Virus record (IMG/VR): IMGVR_UViG_3300032167_000022
Origin: a virus
DNA length: 25,767 bases
Direction: 5' to 3' (one strand)
Of the stretch, positions 9,748-16,668 are shown piece by piece; positions within the stretch are counted from its first letter, which is position 1; each line of letters begins with the position of its first letter. The notes below the pieces were generated by a model. That model was not told where the DNA came from and did not search any database. It was given only the letters and a program-made list of their open reading frames with translations. Both the position numbers and the translations under genes were made by a program.

Positions 9748-9769
9748 TAGAGTTATTGTTAATTAGAAA

Positions 9770-9990
9770 AGGGTAAAATTTAATAGTTAGTAAAATTTTA
9801 GGTAATTTTTCATAGTTAGTAAGTAATATTTTTATTAATTTTTTAATAGAAATATTATTAGAATATTACTTTTAAAAAAGGTAAAATTACCTAAAAATAT
9901 TGGACAAAAAAGGTAAAATATAAATAAATGAAATTGAAATAATTGTGCGACTAGAAAGGTAATTTTTCATAGTTAGTAAAATTTAGATTG
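9770..9990. repeat. iteron cluster (about 22-bp repeats AGGGTAATTTTTcATAGTTAGTAA) upstream of the rep-like gene
   Basis: Copies at about 9776-9798, 9812-9835 and 9955-9985, plus related AGGTAAAAT half-sites at 9880-9925. The last copy abuts the rep RBS. Confidence 0.6.
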
Positions 9991-10001
9991 GAGGTTTCCT
10001 T

Positions 10002-10685
10002 GTGGTAAAATCAAAAGATTAGATTGAAAAAAGGTTTCCTGCGGATACTACATTAGATTATGAAACTTTTTTAAATACAAATACATTAGATGGTGAATTG
10101 TATGGATTGTTATAGTCTATTTCAATAGCAGAAAAAGTTTGTAAAAAAGATGATAAGGGTGTGGCTTATGAAGTATATGAAACAGTAGTAAAGAAATCAA
10201 TTATTCCAAAACAAATAGATATGTGTGAAAAATTAAAAATTAAAAGTCCAAAAACATTAAGAGCGCATTTGAAGTCATTAAAAGATTAGGGGTATTTAGT
10301 GGAAAAAGAGAATGGAGATTATTATTTGCCAGTAAAAGAAAATATTTATTTAGATATTCCTTTAGCAACTTTAGAATATTTATAGGATAACTGTCGGGAA
10401 CATATTATTAAAATTTATATTTATTTAGTTTAGAAATATAAATATAAAGAAGATTAGAATAAAAGATTAAAATAGTAGGAAAATTATATTTTTACTTTGA
10501 ATGAAATAGCAGAACATATAGGTATATATATAAAAAATAATTAGAGAGCTTATGATATAATTAATCACGCTTTAGAATTATTATATAATTCAAAATTAAT
10601 TGACTATGAAACCATTTATATTAATAAAGTACCAAAGAAAAAATTATTAAATGTATCTTTAGTATATAATAGTAAAAAGAAATAA
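10002..10685 (+). CDS. Rep-like (two winged-helix segments) replication initiator candidate, open only if TAG is read as sense (9 in-frame TAGs)
   Basis: GTG at 10002 follows GGAGGT by 6 nt. Codon-by-codon reading has no TAA or TGA until the TAA at 10683. TAGs lie at 10020, 10113, 10287, 10383, 10431, 10455, 10473, 10476 and 10542. The translation has WH-like segments KQIDMCEKLKIKSPKTLRAHLKSLKD.GYLVEKENGDYYL and FTLNEIAEHIGIYIKNN.RAYDIINHALELLYNSKLIDYET. Flanked by iterons. Confidence 0.55.
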
Positions 10686-10770
10686 AAGGGTAATTTTTAA
10701 TAGTTAGTGAGGGCAATTTTTAATAGTTAGTAAAAAGGAAAAAAGGGTAATTTTTCATATTATATCTAAA
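10686..10770. repeat. iteron copies downstream of the rep-like gene
   Basis: aaaagggtaatttttaatagttagtga, gggcaatttttaatagttagtaa and a partial third copy. Confidence 0.55.
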
Positions 10771-10796
10771 TAATACTAAAAACTAAATAATTAACA

Positions 10797-10836
10797 AAGC
10801 GAAATTTATGTTCCAGCTATCGCTTGGAACATAAAT
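10797..10836. repeat. perfect 15-bp inverted repeat (gaaatttatgttcca N9 tggaacataaatttc)
   Basis: Seen directly. Followed by ttatagaaaattttttt; a candidate terminator or operator between the rep-like gene and the 10902 ORF. Confidence 0.5.
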
Positions 10837-10901
10837 TTCTTATAGAAAATTTTTTTCTGTTGATAGGGGCGGAAAACTGAAGTGAAAAAGGAGAATTCAA
10901 A

Positions 10902-11123
10902 ATGGAAGTCGGTTTTGTAAAATTAAGTGAAAATGATTATCATTCAGGTTTATCAGAGGTTGCGAAGCAGCCTCATAGAAAAGTAAAAGAATTGTATATA
11001 GATGAAACAACTGGAAAAATTTTCTTTGTTTTAGAAAATAAAAGAAGAGTTGATAAAGATAAAAAAATATGCTATAATATATTTGAAAATAAAAATGAAA
11101 GAGAGGATAATCCTTTTTTATAG
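10902..11123 (+). CDS. hypothetical protein (possibly extended to 11182 if TAG is read through)
   Basis: RBS AAAAAGGAGAAT before the ATG. It ends at a TAG; the same frame continues through a second TAG to a TGA at 11180-11182. Confidence 0.55.
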   Translation: MEVGFVKLSENDYHSGLSEVAKQPHRKVKELYIDETTGKIFFVLENKRRVDKDKKICYNIFENKNEREDNPFL

Positions 11124-11224
11124 GGTATGAATTTTAATTTTGATGATGCGGATTCTATTTTATAGAATGTATTTGAAAAATGAAATGAAAAAGGGACCCT
11201 TTCAGAAAGGTGAATTGAAAACTC

Positions 11225-11536
11225 ATGAGGCATTGTGGTACGTATGGTTATAAAAATGTTTATTTAATTGATAGAGATAATTATTTTTTGAATGAGAAGA
11301 ATAAGGATAAAGAGAATTATTTTATTATTGAAGATGATGATAGGTGGTTAGTTTTTAAAGGTAAAGTTGTTGGTAGAGTAGGATTAGATATGAAAGTTAA
11401 AGAGTTTGGGAGCAATAAATGTTGGGTATATGAAAAGTTAAAGAAAGAGAAAGAAAAGGAAAAAGATAATTATTTTAGTCAATATAGTACGGTAGTTGAT
11501 AAGTTTTTTGCGGAATTGAAAGAGGTTAAGTTATGA
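11225..11536 (+). CDS. hypothetical protein, K/E-rich
   Basis: RBS AAAGGTGA before the ATG; 103 aa; its stop overlaps the next start (ATGA). Confidence 0.55.
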   Translation: MRHCGTYGYKNVYLIDRDNYFLNEKNKDKENYFIIEDDDRWLVFKGKVVGRVGLDMKVKEFGSNKCWVYEKLKKEKEKEKDNYFSQYSTVVDKFFAELKEVKL

Positions 11537-11733
11537 TAGGGGTCGCGGCAGGTGTAGTAGTTGGCTTGGTGCTAGGCGCAGTTGTTAGGTATGTGTTGAA
11601 AAGAGTTTCTTTTTCTTCTGCTCTTGGATGTTGGTTGTTGAGAGGGTTTGAGGCGGAGGAGAGGAAGAGGTTTAAGGAGATTGGCAAGGAGAGAAGGAAG
11701 TTGTTGCGGCAGGGAGTTATTTGGGTGTTGTGA
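11533..11733 (+). CDS. small protein with N-terminal TM helix and basic C-terminus
   Basis: 66 aa, MIGVAAGVVVGLVLGAVVRYVL...; ATGA overlap; GC-rich. Confidence 0.45.
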   Translation: MIGVAAGVVVGLVLGAVVRYVLKRVSFSSALGCWLLRGFEAEERKRFKEIGKERRKLLRQGVIWVL

Positions 11734-11736
11734 TAG

Positions 11737-11870
11737 TAGGTAGGTAACAATATAGATAATAGGTAGTAGGTAGTAAGTAATAGGTTGATAATGGATAACA
11801 ACTGTATAGATAATAGATAATAATTATATAGATAATAATAAGTAAATAAAGTAATAAGTAATAAAAATTG
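11737..11870. repeat. C-depleted purine/T low-complexity block rich in TAG, GTAA and ATAA motifs
   Basis: tgatagtaggtaggtaac...ataggtagtaggtagtaagtaatagg...atagataatagataataatt... has almost no C on plus and stop codons in all frames. It is followed at 11915-11965 by a pyrimidine-only tract. Confidence 0.6.
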
Positions 11871-11966
11871 CGAAAATTGGAGAGGTGTCGTGCCGTTCGG
11901 CTCCACTAGACACTCATCACTTTTCCCTCGTCATCGTCATCCCTCATCCTTTCTTAATAAAAAATA

Positions 11967-12005
11967 AAGAGAGACATTTTCTTGTGTCTCTCTTTTTCTC
12001 ATTTT
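11967..12005. terminator. rho-independent terminator for the plus-strand module (bidirectional)
   Basis: Hairpin aaagagagaca-ttttctt-gtgtctctcttt followed by ttctcatttt. Confidence 0.7.
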
Positions 12006-12071
12006 ATAGTTCAATTTGCCAATTTTCGCAATCTGTAGCCCTCTCAAAACATTTTTACGAACATCTTTTCA

Positions 12072-12110
12072 CATCAAATAAAAAAGCCACGAAAATCGTG
12101 GCTTAAAATA
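12072..12110 (-). terminator. rho-independent terminator 3' of the 12111 gene
   Basis: Hairpin aagccacg-aaaat-cgtggctt; the reverse complement is followed by ttttttatttg. Confidence 0.65.
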
Positions 12111-12557
12111 TTAAATACCATTGTTCTTAAAGAAAGTATCAAAAACATTATCCAAATTAGACTTATCAGTCTTAATTGAGAGGGTAGCATTGCCAGGCTT
12201 CAGCATATGAGCAAAATTACCAAACATAGAGAATGCTTCGCGCATTTCCGCAACAGTTTCATCAACCAAATCAACAAGGTCTTCTGCGGTGATATCAATA
12301 TCCTTATACTGGGCGGCAAGGTTGGGGTACCAGCGCTTAATGTAGGCTGCGATAGCATCCTTCATCTTGCCCATGTCCGCAATCTTATCTGCCCTCTCCT
12401 GGACCTTCTTTCTAGCCTCTTCTTCCTTAGCCTCTGCTCTCTTGGCTTCGTCAATCTTTTTTGCCTCGTTCAGTGCGGCGGTGAATTCCTTGGCAATATC
12501 ATCTACAGATTTGCCCTCCTGAATCATCTTAAGAATGTCATTAGAATTGTAATTCAT
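12111..12557 (-). CDS. hypothetical protein, charged helical N-terminus
   Basis: 148 aa ORF with RBS AAGGAGAT 8 nt before the ATG and a TAA stop. Confidence 0.75.
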   Translation of the reverse strand: MNYNSNDILKMIQEGKSVDDIAKEFTAALNEAKKIDEAKRAEAKEEEARKKVQERADKIADMGKMKDAIAAYIKRWYPNLAAQYKDIDITAEDLVDLVDETVAEMREAFSMFGNFAHMLKPGNATLSIKTDKSNLDNVFDTFFKNNGI

Positions 12558-12589
12558 AATTTTATCTCCTTTTTTTATTTTGTATATAT

Positions 12590-12618
12590 ATTATATCATA
12601 AATTTTTAAAAAAGTCAA
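12590..12618 (-). promoter_or_regulatory. promoter cassette TTGACT-17-TGaTATAAT
   Basis: agtcaa at 12613-12618 and attata at 12590-12595, then tca. Confidence 0.7.
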
Positions 12619-12740
12619 ATTTCGGCATTTTAAGCCACGCAAAAAAATTTTTGAGTAAATGTGAGGGAGAGGGTCTTTATTTAAGCCGTAGCTCTCAATA
12701 GATAAGCACTGGCGTATCTCTGGAGAAATCGCGCGTTCAT

Positions 12741-12778
12741 AAAAATTTTACAAAAATTTTTACAAAAATTTTACAATT
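12741..12778. repeat. tandem repeat (AAAAATTTTTACA) x3
   Basis: ttttacaaaaatttttacaaaaattttacaa seen directly. Confidence 0.6.
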
Positions 12779-12779
12779 C

Positions 12780-13050
12780 CGGTCGGCTGGCTGGGGTACT
12801 AGAATTATAGGAAAATGCGCATATAGGCTGAGGGTCGCTAGAAGTAGCAAAAAATTCGCATATGGGGGTCCGAACGGGAACTCGGTCCGCAGCGCCCGCG
12901 CCCGGACCGCTTGACAGGTGTAGAATATGGGAAAATCTGGCTGGACTGGAAAATCCTGGAAATCGCCGCAAAATTTTGTAAATATGGTAAAAAATGGAAA
13001 TCCCGCCCTGCGCGAGCGCAATCGGGCGGCGCAAATGTGAACAAATCTAT
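12780..13050. other. GC-rich non-coding island with repeated GGAAAAT and gcatatgg motifs and several GC hairpins
   Basis: Only spurious overlapping ORFs and no RBS. Hairpins include cggtccg..cggaccg and cgccctgcgcgagcgcaatcgggcggcg. Repeated motifs include ggaaaatgcgcatatagg, aaaattcgcatatggggg and ggaaaatctggctggactggaaaatcctggaaatcgcc. Confidence 0.4.
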
Positions 13051-13100
13051 CATAATTTGTAAACAAATTATTTTTGTATAAAATAACGAAAAAGAAGTGG

Positions 13101-13370
13101 TCATTTGACCACTTCTTCAATAAATGAACCAAGGCAATTAACAATGGTTGTTAAATTGATATATTCATTCAAATCATCAGAATAATAATCGTCATCACCA
13201 AAAATGTTGTCATTGTTAATTTTTTCCAAAATAGCAAAAGCTGTTCGTAACTGCTCTTTAGCGCCCTGTTTTTGATGTGATTTAATAGCACTTTCAACGT
13301 TAGCAAGCTTCTGTTTCAAAGCATTGTATTCGTTCATTAAATCAAGTAAAGTTTCTTCATTCGGCTTCAT
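13101..13370 (-). CDS. hypothetical protein
   Basis: The track ORF starts at TTG 13448, but the SD GGAGGA precedes the ATGs at 13370-13379. Reads MKPNEETLLDLMNEYNALKQKLANVESAIKSHQ... with a TGA stop. Confidence 0.6.
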   Translation of the reverse strand: MKPNEETLLDLMNEYNALKQKLANVESAIKSHQKQGAKEQLRTAFAILEKINNDNIFGDDDYYSDDLNEYINLTTIVNCLGSFIEEVVK

Positions 13371-13512
13371 CTTCATCATCCTCCTCATCTTCTTCTTCTT
13401 CGTACTCTTCTTCCTGCTCACAAGGTGCCCAACCTTCCGGGCCTTCAAAGTGGCAATGGGCGTATTTCTCGCACTCTTCTTTCCAACAGTAGCCGCATTC
13501 TTTACAAGTCAT
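13357..13512 (-). CDS. small Cys-rich protein with polyacidic tail
   Basis: GGAGGT lies 9 nt before the ATG. Reads MTCKECGYCWKEECEKYAHCHFEGPEGWAPCEQEEEYEEEEDEEDDEDEAE; its TGA overlaps codons 4-5 of the downstream gene (ATGAAGCCGAATGA). Confidence 0.45.
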   Translation of the reverse strand: MTCKECGYCWKEECEKYAHCHFEGPEGWAPCEQEEEYEEEEDEEDDEDEAE

Positions 13513-13536
13513 TTTCTTTACCTCCATGAAGGGCGA

Positions 13537-13944
13537 TTACTCGCCCTTCCCCGCAAACAGTTGAAACATTTTCATCATTTCAGTAAGCCTGTTGAATTCT
13601 TCGTGCCAGTTTTCCCAAGTGTCAGAATTACGATTGAAATAAATCAACGTGGTATCAGTATCTTTGAAAACATGGCTAAGAGCAGGTAATTCACCATCAA
13701 AAATAAAATCATCCAGCTCCATATAACTTCCATCTTCGTAATTATCTTCTTTTACAAGAATATAATATACATCATCGGATTCAAAATGCTCGTCATTAGT
13801 GTCAAGAAGATGTCCATTGATATCATAACAGGAGAAAGGTTCAAACACCTGCTTAATGTGGAGTTCTTCTTCATACTGTACGCAGTCAAATTCATCTTCA
13901 AACTGCGTGCCATCTTCTGCGATAAAATACATTACTTTTTCCAT
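13537..13944 (-). CDS. hypothetical acidic protein
   Basis: 135 aa ORF; its TAA stop sits in the loop of hairpin gaagggcga-ttac-tcgcccttc. Confidence 0.75.
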   Translation of the reverse strand: MEKVMYFIAEDGTQFEDEFDCVQYEEELHIKQVFEPFSCYDINGHLLDTNDEHFESDDVYYILVKEDNYEDGSYMELDDFIFDGELPALSHVFKDTDTTLIYFNRNSDTWENWHEEFNRLTEMMKMFQLFAGKGE

Positions 13945-13988
13945 TTTATTTTACTCTCTTTCTCCCCCCCTCTCTGGGGGGTACTATT

Positions 13989-14017
13989 ATTATACCATAC
14001 TTTGCGCGATTTGTCAA
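13989..14017 (-). promoter_or_regulatory. promoter cassette TTGACA-17-TGgTATAAT with 5' leader hairpin
   Basis: tgtcaa at 14012-14017 and attata at 13989-13994, then cca. Leader cccccccagagagggggg (reverse complement of 13958-13978). Confidence 0.75.
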
Positions 14018-14023
14018 GGGGTT

Positions 14024-14251
14024 TTATAAAAGTTTTTCAAGTTTTTTTGTGTATGCTTCATAGTTTGCTTCAAGGAACAAATATTCAATACCAAGATACT
14101 GGCACAGAGTAGTCGCTCCAAGCATTCGCTGTTTTGCGTTATCTACGATTTCAAGGGGCGTGTAAAGATTGCGTTCAAGCGCTCTTTCTGCGTCTTTTAC
14201 TTCCTGCTCAAAGTATTCAATCAACTTTTCGCTGATTACAAGTGTATTCAT
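14024..14251 (-). CDS. hypothetical protein
   Basis: SD GGAGGAAT before the ATG at 14251 (MNTLVISEKLIEYFEQEVK...). The track's longer version starts from an alternative start inside the upstream gene. Confidence 0.6.
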   Translation of the reverse strand: MNTLVISEKLIEYFEQEVKDAERALERNLYTPLEIVDNAKQRMLGATTLCQYLGIEYLFLEANYEAYTKKLEKLL

Positions 14252-14252
14252 T

Positions 14253-14450
14253 TTATTTATTCCTCCATGCGTCTTTAGAATGTTCTTCAATGCGTCCATC
14301 TGCGCGATACCATTTAATGTAAGTGAAGTAAGTAGTTTCAAATACAATGCCATCAACCGCAGGAAGGGCAGACTTGATACAGAAATTTTTTCCTTTATGT
14401 ACTTTTACTCTTGCGGTAGCTTCTAAAAGGTCGCTCATCCACATATCCAT
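14253..14450 (-). CDS. hypothetical protein
   Basis: 65 aa ORF, first after the promoter at 14491; RBS AGAAAGAGAG. Confidence 0.55.
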   Translation of the reverse strand: MDMWMSDLLEATARVKVHKGKNFCIKSALPAVDGIVFETTYFTYIKWYRADGRIEEHSKDAWRNK

Positions 14451-14490
14451 TTTATTTGCTCTCTTTCTGTTGGTTCTTTACTGTATATAT

Positions 14491-14519
14491 ATTATATCAT
14501 ATTTTTATAAAAATGTCAA
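14491..14519 (-). promoter_or_regulatory. promoter cassette TTGACA-17-TGaTATAAT
   Basis: tgtcaa at 14514-14519 and attata at 14491-14496, then tca. Confidence 0.7.
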
Positions 14520-14620
14520 TAGATATTCTTGTTTATTTACAAAATGTTCATAATTGCGGGATTTGTGCGGTTTGTACAAAAATGTTAAAAAAATTTCTGA
14601 AAATTTGTATAGATTACCAC

Positions 14621-14657
14621 TTGACAAAATAACGCCCGTGGCCTCCGGTCGCGGGCG
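14621..14657 (-). terminator. rho-independent terminator
   Basis: Hairpin cgcccgtggcctccggtcgcgggcg; the reverse complement is followed by ttattttgtc. Confidence 0.6.
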
Positions 14658-14714
14658 TTTGAACAAATCAAGTATATTTTGTAAATAAATTATGAACACA
14701 GCATTTTCGTCATT

Positions 14715-14751
14715 ATGCACAAAAGAAAATCCCTCTACATCAGTAGAGGGA
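14715..14751 (-). terminator. rho-independent terminator overlapping the stop of the 14735 gene
   Basis: Hairpin atccctctac-atca-gtagagggat; the reverse complement is followed by tttcttttgtg. The TAG stop lies in the stem. Confidence 0.65.
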
Positions 14752-15133
14752 TTGTATAAGTTTTGCGGATGGTAATTTCTACCTGTGGTGGAATTTCATG
14801 GAGAACAAAGCGGTCGTTCCGCACATATTCACCAATTCCCATTTCCTGCCACTTTTGGCGGTTTCTGTCCTCAAAACGCAGAGTATTATATTTTGAAAGG
14901 GGCAGCTTCCATAAATAGGTAAATTTGCCATCTGGCGGCATTGTGTGTTCAGGGCTTTTCCTATAATTGCGCGTGTGCTCTGCCTGTCTGCGCTTTAGGT
15001 CGTTAGTTGTTCCAATCTTTAGAACAAAATTTTTGTCGGTATCGTGGTAAAAACCCACATAAAGAAACTCTTTTTCTGCCATTTTTGCATCTTTTTGACT
15101 AAAATTTAAGTGAAAAGTGGGAAAAATTCCCAC
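14735..15133 (-). CDS. GIY-YIG-like nuclease domain protein
   Basis: EFLYVGFYHD...FVLKIGTTNDLKRRQAEH matches the GIY-YIG core (KIG.T.....RR...H). It ends in TAG; if TAG is sense, a 14-codon extension runs to the next TAA. Confidence 0.7.
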   Translation of the reverse strand: MGIFPTFHLNFSQKDAKMAEKEFLYVGFYHDTDKNFVLKIGTTNDLKRRQAEHTRNYRKSPEHTMPPDGKFTYLWKLPLSKYNTLRFEDRNRQKWQEMGIGEYVRNDRFVLHEIPPQVEITIRKTYTIPLLM

Positions 15134-15139
15134 TTTTCT

Positions 15140-15553
15140 TTACTTTTTGGGCTTTCGCTTCTGAACAAGCGTCAATTCAAAGGCATCTTCACCAATTTTG
15201 AACGCAATTTGCCGTTCTTTGTTGGTAATTTCCACATCTTCGGTCGCAAACTGACTGTTTTTTGTCAAAAACTCCGCCAATTCTGCGATTATTCCGCCCT
15301 TTGTGGGATTTGCCTTGCGCTCACGCTGGGAGAAATTGTAAACAGTAGGCTTGCGGTCGCGGCAGTTAGCCATACGCATCGCTTCCTTCTCTGTCTCCTT
15401 GTCAAGGTCGTACGCCAGCCTGTCATTAGCGGAAGCCTTCTCAACTTCCTTGTCATAGGACAAAACCTCAAGAGCTTCTTCTTCGGTACAGCGCAAGCCC
15501 TCTTGAATTCGCTTGACTTGCGCTTTGTCGGCTCGGGTCAGTTCCATCTTCAT
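15140..15553 (-). CDS. hypothetical protein (module partner B; paralog of 19305..19661)
   Basis: RBS AAAGAGGTG. Its C-terminal half is similar to the 19305 gene product. Confidence 0.75.
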   Translation of the reverse strand: MKMELTRADKAQVKRIQEGLRCTEEEALEVLSYDKEVEKASANDRLAYDLDKETEKEAMRMANCRDRKPTVYNFSQRERKANPTKGGIIAELAEFLTKNSQFATEDVEITNKERQIAFKIGEDAFELTLVQKRKPKK

Positions 15554-15572
15554 CACCTCTTTTGGTTAGGCG

Positions 15573-15594
15573 TGGCAGAGGATTAAACCTCTGC
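15573..15594 (-). other. conserved inter-cistronic RNA hairpin enclosing the stop codon (ggcagagg-tttaa-tcctctgcc)
   Basis: Seen directly. The counterpart at 19679-19700 has a different stem and the same loop. Confidence 0.6.
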
Positions 15595-15981
15595 CAGCTT
15601 GAAGTAGGAAACGCGCTTTTCAATCACCTTTTCCATCTTGCCATCTTCTACCAGCTGACGGACAAGCGCAGTGATTCTCTGCTGGGACAGTCCAGCGCAT
15701 TCGGGAACATTCTTGATGAAGTCAGTAACGGTGTGCTGACCGCCATCATTTGCGAGGTAGTCAAGCATTGCCTGCTTCAGCGCATCGTTTGCTTCCTTCT
15801 TTTCCATCTGCTTGCCAGACGGCTTAGCGTTCTTACGAGCCAGTAGGTCAAGCTCATTTTCAATGAATTCAACGAGCGTGGGGTTAGATGCTACAGAGGG
15901 GATAGCGAGGAGGGCGTTGAAGTGGTCACGCTTGGTGAGCTTCTTTGCGGTAGCGTTGAGAGTAGAATTAGTGTTAGCCAT
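15583..15981 (-). CDS. winged-helix-like DNA-binding protein (paralog family A, member 2)
   Basis: 132 aa ORF; a close paralog of 19693..20082 (for example TVTDFIKNVPECAGLSQQRITALVRQLVEDGKMEKV). Leader ccatggtatcaatcctttcagc is shared. Confidence 0.8.
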   Translation of the reverse strand: MANTNSTLNATAKKLTKRDHFNALLAIPSVASNPTLVEFIENELDLLARKNAKPSGKQMEKKEANDALKQAMLDYLANDGGQHTVTDFIKNVPECAGLSQQRITALVRQLVEDGKMEKVIEKRVSYFKLAEV

Positions 15982-16061
15982 GGTATCAATCCTTTCAGCT
16001 GTTTAGGTTGCCAACCTTTTAATTTGTTTGCCGTGGTAGGTTTCCCTCACCCGGTATATAT

Positions 16062-16090
16062 ATTATACCATACTTTATGGTATTTGTCAA
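16062..16090 (-). promoter_or_regulatory. promoter cassette P1 of a tandem triple (TTGACA-17-TGgTATAAT)
   Basis: tgtcaa at 16085-16090 and attata at 16062-16067, then cca. UP-like ttgaaaaacttttcaaaaacc upstream. Confidence 0.75.
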
Positions 16091-16223
16091 GGGGTTTTTG
16101 AAAAGTTTTTCAAAAATTTTTTGCGATACTATCAAGATTTGAAGTCAATTTATCGCATTTTGGACTTCACTTGATGAGGAGATTTTTTACGAGGTTTTAC
16201 TCACCCTCGCCCCTGACATATAT

Positions 16224-16252
16224 ATTATACCATACTTTGAGCGATTTGTCAA
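16224..16252 (-). promoter_or_regulatory. promoter cassette P2 of the tandem triple
   Basis: tgtcaa at 16247-16252 and attata at 16224-16229. No ORF between it and P1. Confidence 0.75.
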
Positions 16253-16330
16253 GGGGTTTTTGAAAAGTTTTTCAAATTTTTTTGAGTGGCTTTCGGCGTC
16301 CCCGCGCATCCTTTTGTTTGGTACATATAT

Positions 16331-16359
16331 ATTATACCACACAATCACGTTTTTGTCAA
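16331..16359 (-). promoter_or_regulatory. promoter cassette P3 of the tandem triple
   Basis: tgtcaa at 16354-16359 and attata at 16331-16336, then cca. Confidence 0.7.
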
Positions 16360-16632
16360 GAGGTTTTTCAAAATTTCTCAAAAAATTTTTTCAATATCCA
16401 AGAACAAGTCAGATTGTCAATTTTTGGTAATGGTATAATATGTGAACGAGTCTATGTTCATTTGTTAATTTTTTATTACGGGAAAACGGCTAATTCACTT
16501 GATTGTTAATAAAATGTTTACAATTTTTTTATACGATATCTCTTGACAAAATTTCGCCCGTGACCTCCGGCCGCGGGCGACTCAAAAGTCAAGTGTTTTT
16601 TATAAATAATTTGTAAATAAATTATGAATGCC

Positions 16633-16668
16633 AAAAGTAAAAGAAAGAGAGGGGCTTGCGCCCTCTCC
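16633..16668 (-). terminator. rho-independent terminator
   Basis: Hairpin gagaggg-gcttgcg-ccctctc; the reverse complement is followed by tttcttttactttt. Confidence 0.6.

Noticed and set aside
9900-9930. Plus-strand promoter for the rep-like gene (TTGGAC...TATAAA)
   Set aside because: Spacer lengths of 13-15 nt do not fit. No confident -35/-10 pair was identified by eye.
11526-11906. Minus-strand 126 aa ORF
   Set aside because: Low-complexity L/Y/T-rich translation through the purine-rich repeat block. It overlaps the plus-strand coupled genes.
12737-13144. Three overlapping minus-strand ORFs in the GC-rich island
   Set aside because: No RBS, overlapping frames, repeat-derived sequence, and overlap with the end of gene 13101..13370. 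Treated as non-coding.
15110-15586. Plus-strand ORFs antisense to 15140..15553 and 15583..15981; likewise 19378..20217 and 19436..19624
   Set aside because: Long antisense ORFs are expected opposite GC-rich genes. No starts or RBS. The minus-strand paralogs are well supported.
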